DNA of 42,592 nucleotides from Candidatus Altiarchaeota archaeon (GTDB lineage Archaea; Altiarchaeota; Altiarchaeia; IMC4; SCGC-AAA252-I15): NCBI GenBank assembly GCA_043804895.1, contig JAZDIN010000035.1, positions 1 to 42,592 of the forward strand, read 5' to 3'. Shown piece by piece: positions 39,999 to 42,592 of this stretch (position 1 is its first letter; each line of letters starts with the position of its first letter). The notes under the pieces were generated by a model. It saw only the letters and a program-made list of their open reading frames with translations, ran no database searches and was not told where the DNA came from. The position numbers and the translations under genes were made by a program.

Positions 39999-40629
39999 TT
40001 AACCTGAATGTTTATGGTATTTCTCTAAAAACTCACGCGCTTTTGAAGCTACAGTTTCCCTTCTGGACCTGCCTATCCTCTTCAAGACGGCCTCAAGACT
40101 CTCTTTCACCCTATCATCCTCCTCCCCCAACAGTAGCCTGTTCAATGCTTCAACAGCCTTTACAGCTACATGCTCAGACCTAAAAATTCACTAATCCCTC
40201 AAAACTCAATGACATCTGCATCTTCAGGTGTGGTCTGTCCTCCTTTGACATGCACCTCTCCATCGTTACAATGGCAGCCGTCACCTTGTAGTCCTCCTTA
40301 CACGTTTTTAAAGTAACTAAACCTCTCGCCCACACGTCATACACTCTCTCCTCAAACATGTGGTTGCCTATCGCCTCAATCGCCGCCATTGCTGAAATGT
40401 CGGGCCCATCAATTATGACAGCGTCCAAAAGACCCAAACCGAACTTCTTCACCGAAGGGTCATCCTCGACCTTCAGGTGCTCCCCCACTGCTTTAATGGC
40501 ATCGAGGTTGGTGTGCTCTACACTGGACTGGCCGATTCTACTGAGCTCAGTCAGAATACTAATCCTCCTCCTAGGGTCTTTTTCTTTTGACAAGGCTGTC
40601 CGAATCTCTTCAAAGGCTTTAGCATACAC
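39999..40629 (-). pseudogene. HEAT-like repeat protein split by a +1 frame change at TTT-TAG
   Basis: ORF 40180..40629 (EKDPRRR, EDDPSVK, KEDRPHLK repeats) continues in the +1 frame as RSEHVAVKAVEALNRLLLGEEDDRVKESLEAVLKRIG...HSG* to 39999. Confidence 0.65.
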
Positions 40630-41089
40630 TGGCGATGTTATGTTCCTTCCTATAAAAACAGACGAACAAGCAAATGTAGTGCCTAACTCTGGGTTTGCAC
40701 ATAAATTCTGTAAGTGCCGTATATGGGGGTGCCAGCCAAGGCTGTCGTCAGTTACCCAGATTCATACACAATAGCATACTACTCAGCAGCACCAGAAGTT
40801 GATAATGCAACACGACGGCATATTGATGACATGCAGGCAATGGTTGAGGCCTATTCCTATCCAATAGCAGATGTTGAAATCGCCATATACGCATATGGCT
40901 CAATAATAACCTACATATTGCTCTTCCACAACTCTGTACAGACAAATGCGAAATATGCTATAATGTCCTTATTTCGCGGAAATAGAGGATGTAATGGGCG
41001 AGCATAATCTCTATCTTTGCATAATCATTAGTTCTTAATCGGACGGTTCTTAATAGCACTATATATATCTGTTTGACCTAAGTTCTCAT

Positions 41090-41599
41090 ATGTCTCCGCC
41101 ACCTTTTCCGCCGCACGGCAGCGGTTTGAAGGGTTTTCTGAAAATGCATATACTCCACACTCTAGCAAAGAGGCCGCAGTCGGGTTATGAGATAATCGCC
41201 GAAATCAAAGAAAAAACGGAGGGAGGATGGATTCCGAGCAAGGGGGCAGTATACCCCGTCTTGTCTTCTCTTGAAAGAGAGGGGCTAATCCGCGTTAAAT
41301 CTGTCGGAGCAAGATCTAAAAGGATTTATCACGTCACTGTAGACGGACTCAAAATTATAGGTGACATGAGAAAACACATGCAAGATATGAACAAGCACAT
41401 AGGGATGGTACACAACCTAATCCTGGTTGAAATAGAAGAAAATGAGGGCGAAATCGGGCGGCTGGCATTCGACATACGCAGCACCACGCTACAGCTGGAA
41501 GGCCGACAAAAACAGGCTACTGCCAAAATTTTGAGCGAATGCCTGTCAAAACTGCAAAAATTGTCAACACCTAAAATACAAGGGAAACGAAATGACTGA
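41090..41599 (+). CDS. PadR-family transcriptional regulator
   Basis: LKMHILHTLAKRPQSGYEI, WIPSKGAVYPVLSSLEREGLI and KRIYHVT.DG. Confidence 0.92.
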   Translation: MSPPPFPPHGSGLKGFLKMHILHTLAKRPQSGYEIIAEIKEKTEGGWIPSKGAVYPVLSSLEREGLIRVKSVGARSKRIYHVTVDGLKIIGDMRKHMQDMNKHIGMVHNLILVEIEENEGEIGRLAFDIRSTTLQLEGRQKQATAKILSECLSKLQKLSTPKIQGKRND

Positions 41600-42413
41600 T
41601 GGACCGGCAAATTCAAGATCAAATGAATTGATACTAAAAGTAGACGGACTGACAAAACAGTTCAAGAACCTTACCGCAGTAGACAACATATCCTTCGATG
41701 TCAAACAGGGAAGTATCTTTGCCTTCCTTGGCCCAAACGGCGCAGGCAAGTCGACGACTATCAAGATGTTGACTACTATTCTGACCCCGACATCCGGTAG
41801 CATTCTCCTAAATGGTTTCGACTGCGCCCGCCAGCAAGATGACGTCAGAAAGTCTTTCGGCATAGTATTCCAAGATCAGAGCGTAGACGAAGAACTCACA
41901 GCATATGAGAACATGGACTTCCACGGTATCATATATGGGCTGCCGAAAGACCTGCGAAAAGAACGGATCGAAAGTCTCCTTAAGATGGTTGACCTCTGGG
42001 ACAGGAAAGACGACTTTGTGAAGACATTCTCCGGAGGAATGCGCCGCAGGCTTGAAATAGCCAGAGGCCTCATACACCACCCGAAGATACTATTTCTAGA
42101 CGAACCCACATTGGGGCTCGACCCGCAGACCAGAAATAGGATATGGGATCACATAAGAGTCCTCAACCAGCAGGAGGGCATGTCCATATTCTTCACAACA
42201 CACTACATGAACGAGGCCGAAGACTTGGCGGATATGGTTGCTGTAATAGACCACGGGAAGATAATCACCCGGGGAACATGCGATGAAATTAAAAAACAAA
42301 CCGGCGCGTCCACTCTGGAAGAGGCGTTCCTCTCCATTACAGGGCACTCAATACGCGATGAAAACTCCTCGGGGATGGAGTCGATGAGGATGCACAGGAG
42401 GATTTTCAAATGA
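41592..42413 (+). CDS. ABC-2 type (DrrA-like) transporter ATP-binding protein
   Basis: GPNGAGKST, FSGGMRRRLEIARGL, LFLDEPT and TTHYM. Confidence 0.95.
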   Translation: MTDGPANSRSNELILKVDGLTKQFKNLTAVDNISFDVKQGSIFAFLGPNGAGKSTTIKMLTTILTPTSGSILLNGFDCARQQDDVRKSFGIVFQDQSVDEELTAYENMDFHGIIYGLPKDLRKERIESLLKMVDLWDRKDDFVKTFSGGMRRRLEIARGLIHHPKILFLDEPTLGLDPQTRNRIWDHIRVLNQQEGMSIFFTTHYMNEAEDLADMVAVIDHGKIITRGTCDEIKKQTGASTLEEAFLSITGHSIRDENSSGMESMRMHRRIFK

Positions 42414-42592
42414 TCCAAGTACTCTATGTGATGTGGCTGAGGCAAATCAAGAAATACTGGCGCTCAAAAGCAAGACTAATCGGGGGCCTCGGCCAGTCTG
42501 TACTGTTCTTGATAGCGTTCGGATTCGGTTTCAGCCCCACATTCGCGAAGGCGGGCGGCGGAGACTACATACAGTTCCTCTCCCCCGGTATA
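42410..42592 (+). CDS. ABC-2 transporter permease, 3'-truncated by the window edge
   Basis: ATGA overlap with the ATPase stop; MIQVLYVMWLRQIKKYWRSKARLIGGLGQSVLFLIAFGFGF...DYIQFLSPG. Confidence 0.88.
   Translation, partial: MIQVLYVMWLRQIKKYWRSKARLIGGLGQSVLFLIAFGFGFSPTFAKAGGGDYIQFLSPGI

Noticed and set aside
40714-41007. 97-aa plus-strand ORF and an overlapping 65-aa minus-strand ORF
   Set aside because: No motifs or clear start signals. It may be a gene remnant, but I cannot support a call.

Overview
This is an archaeal chromosomal segment. Evidence: alpha2-type GlyRS, archaeal LeuC/LeuD/CimA, TrmI, DUF434, DUF131 and TATA-like boxes about 25 nt before start codons. An Altiarchaeota/DPANN-like lineage is my inference and is not verified. 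Housekeeping and metabolic genes: purC, glyS, trmI, hsp20, a glycogen-related set (NDP-sugar pyrophosphorylase with a DUF5752-like tail, GalT-like transferase, GT3 glycogen synthase, debranching enzyme), bacterial-type aroF-aroB, two tandem leuB copies, a cimA-leuC-isochorismatase-leuD operon and a PadR/ABC-2 exporter. Other coding features: a divergent FtsZ paralog, several large surface beta-propeller/helical-repeat proteins, a SET-domain protein, and a ~1840-aa protein combining HEAT-like repeats, an ADP-ribosyltransferase-like motif set and a GlnD/GlnE/DUF294-like nucleotidyltransferase. The most notable signal is that both amino-acid biosynthesis operons start with a short, apparently leaderless uORF enriched in the pathway's end products: Phe/Tyr before aroF and Ile/Leu/Val before cimA. 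Each uORF is followed by hairpins and oligo-T tracts, which suggests leader-peptide attenuation in an archaeon. The window also holds two families of dispersed palindromic mini-elements, an unannotated very basic 58-aa protein and a possible +1 shifty-stop frameshift.
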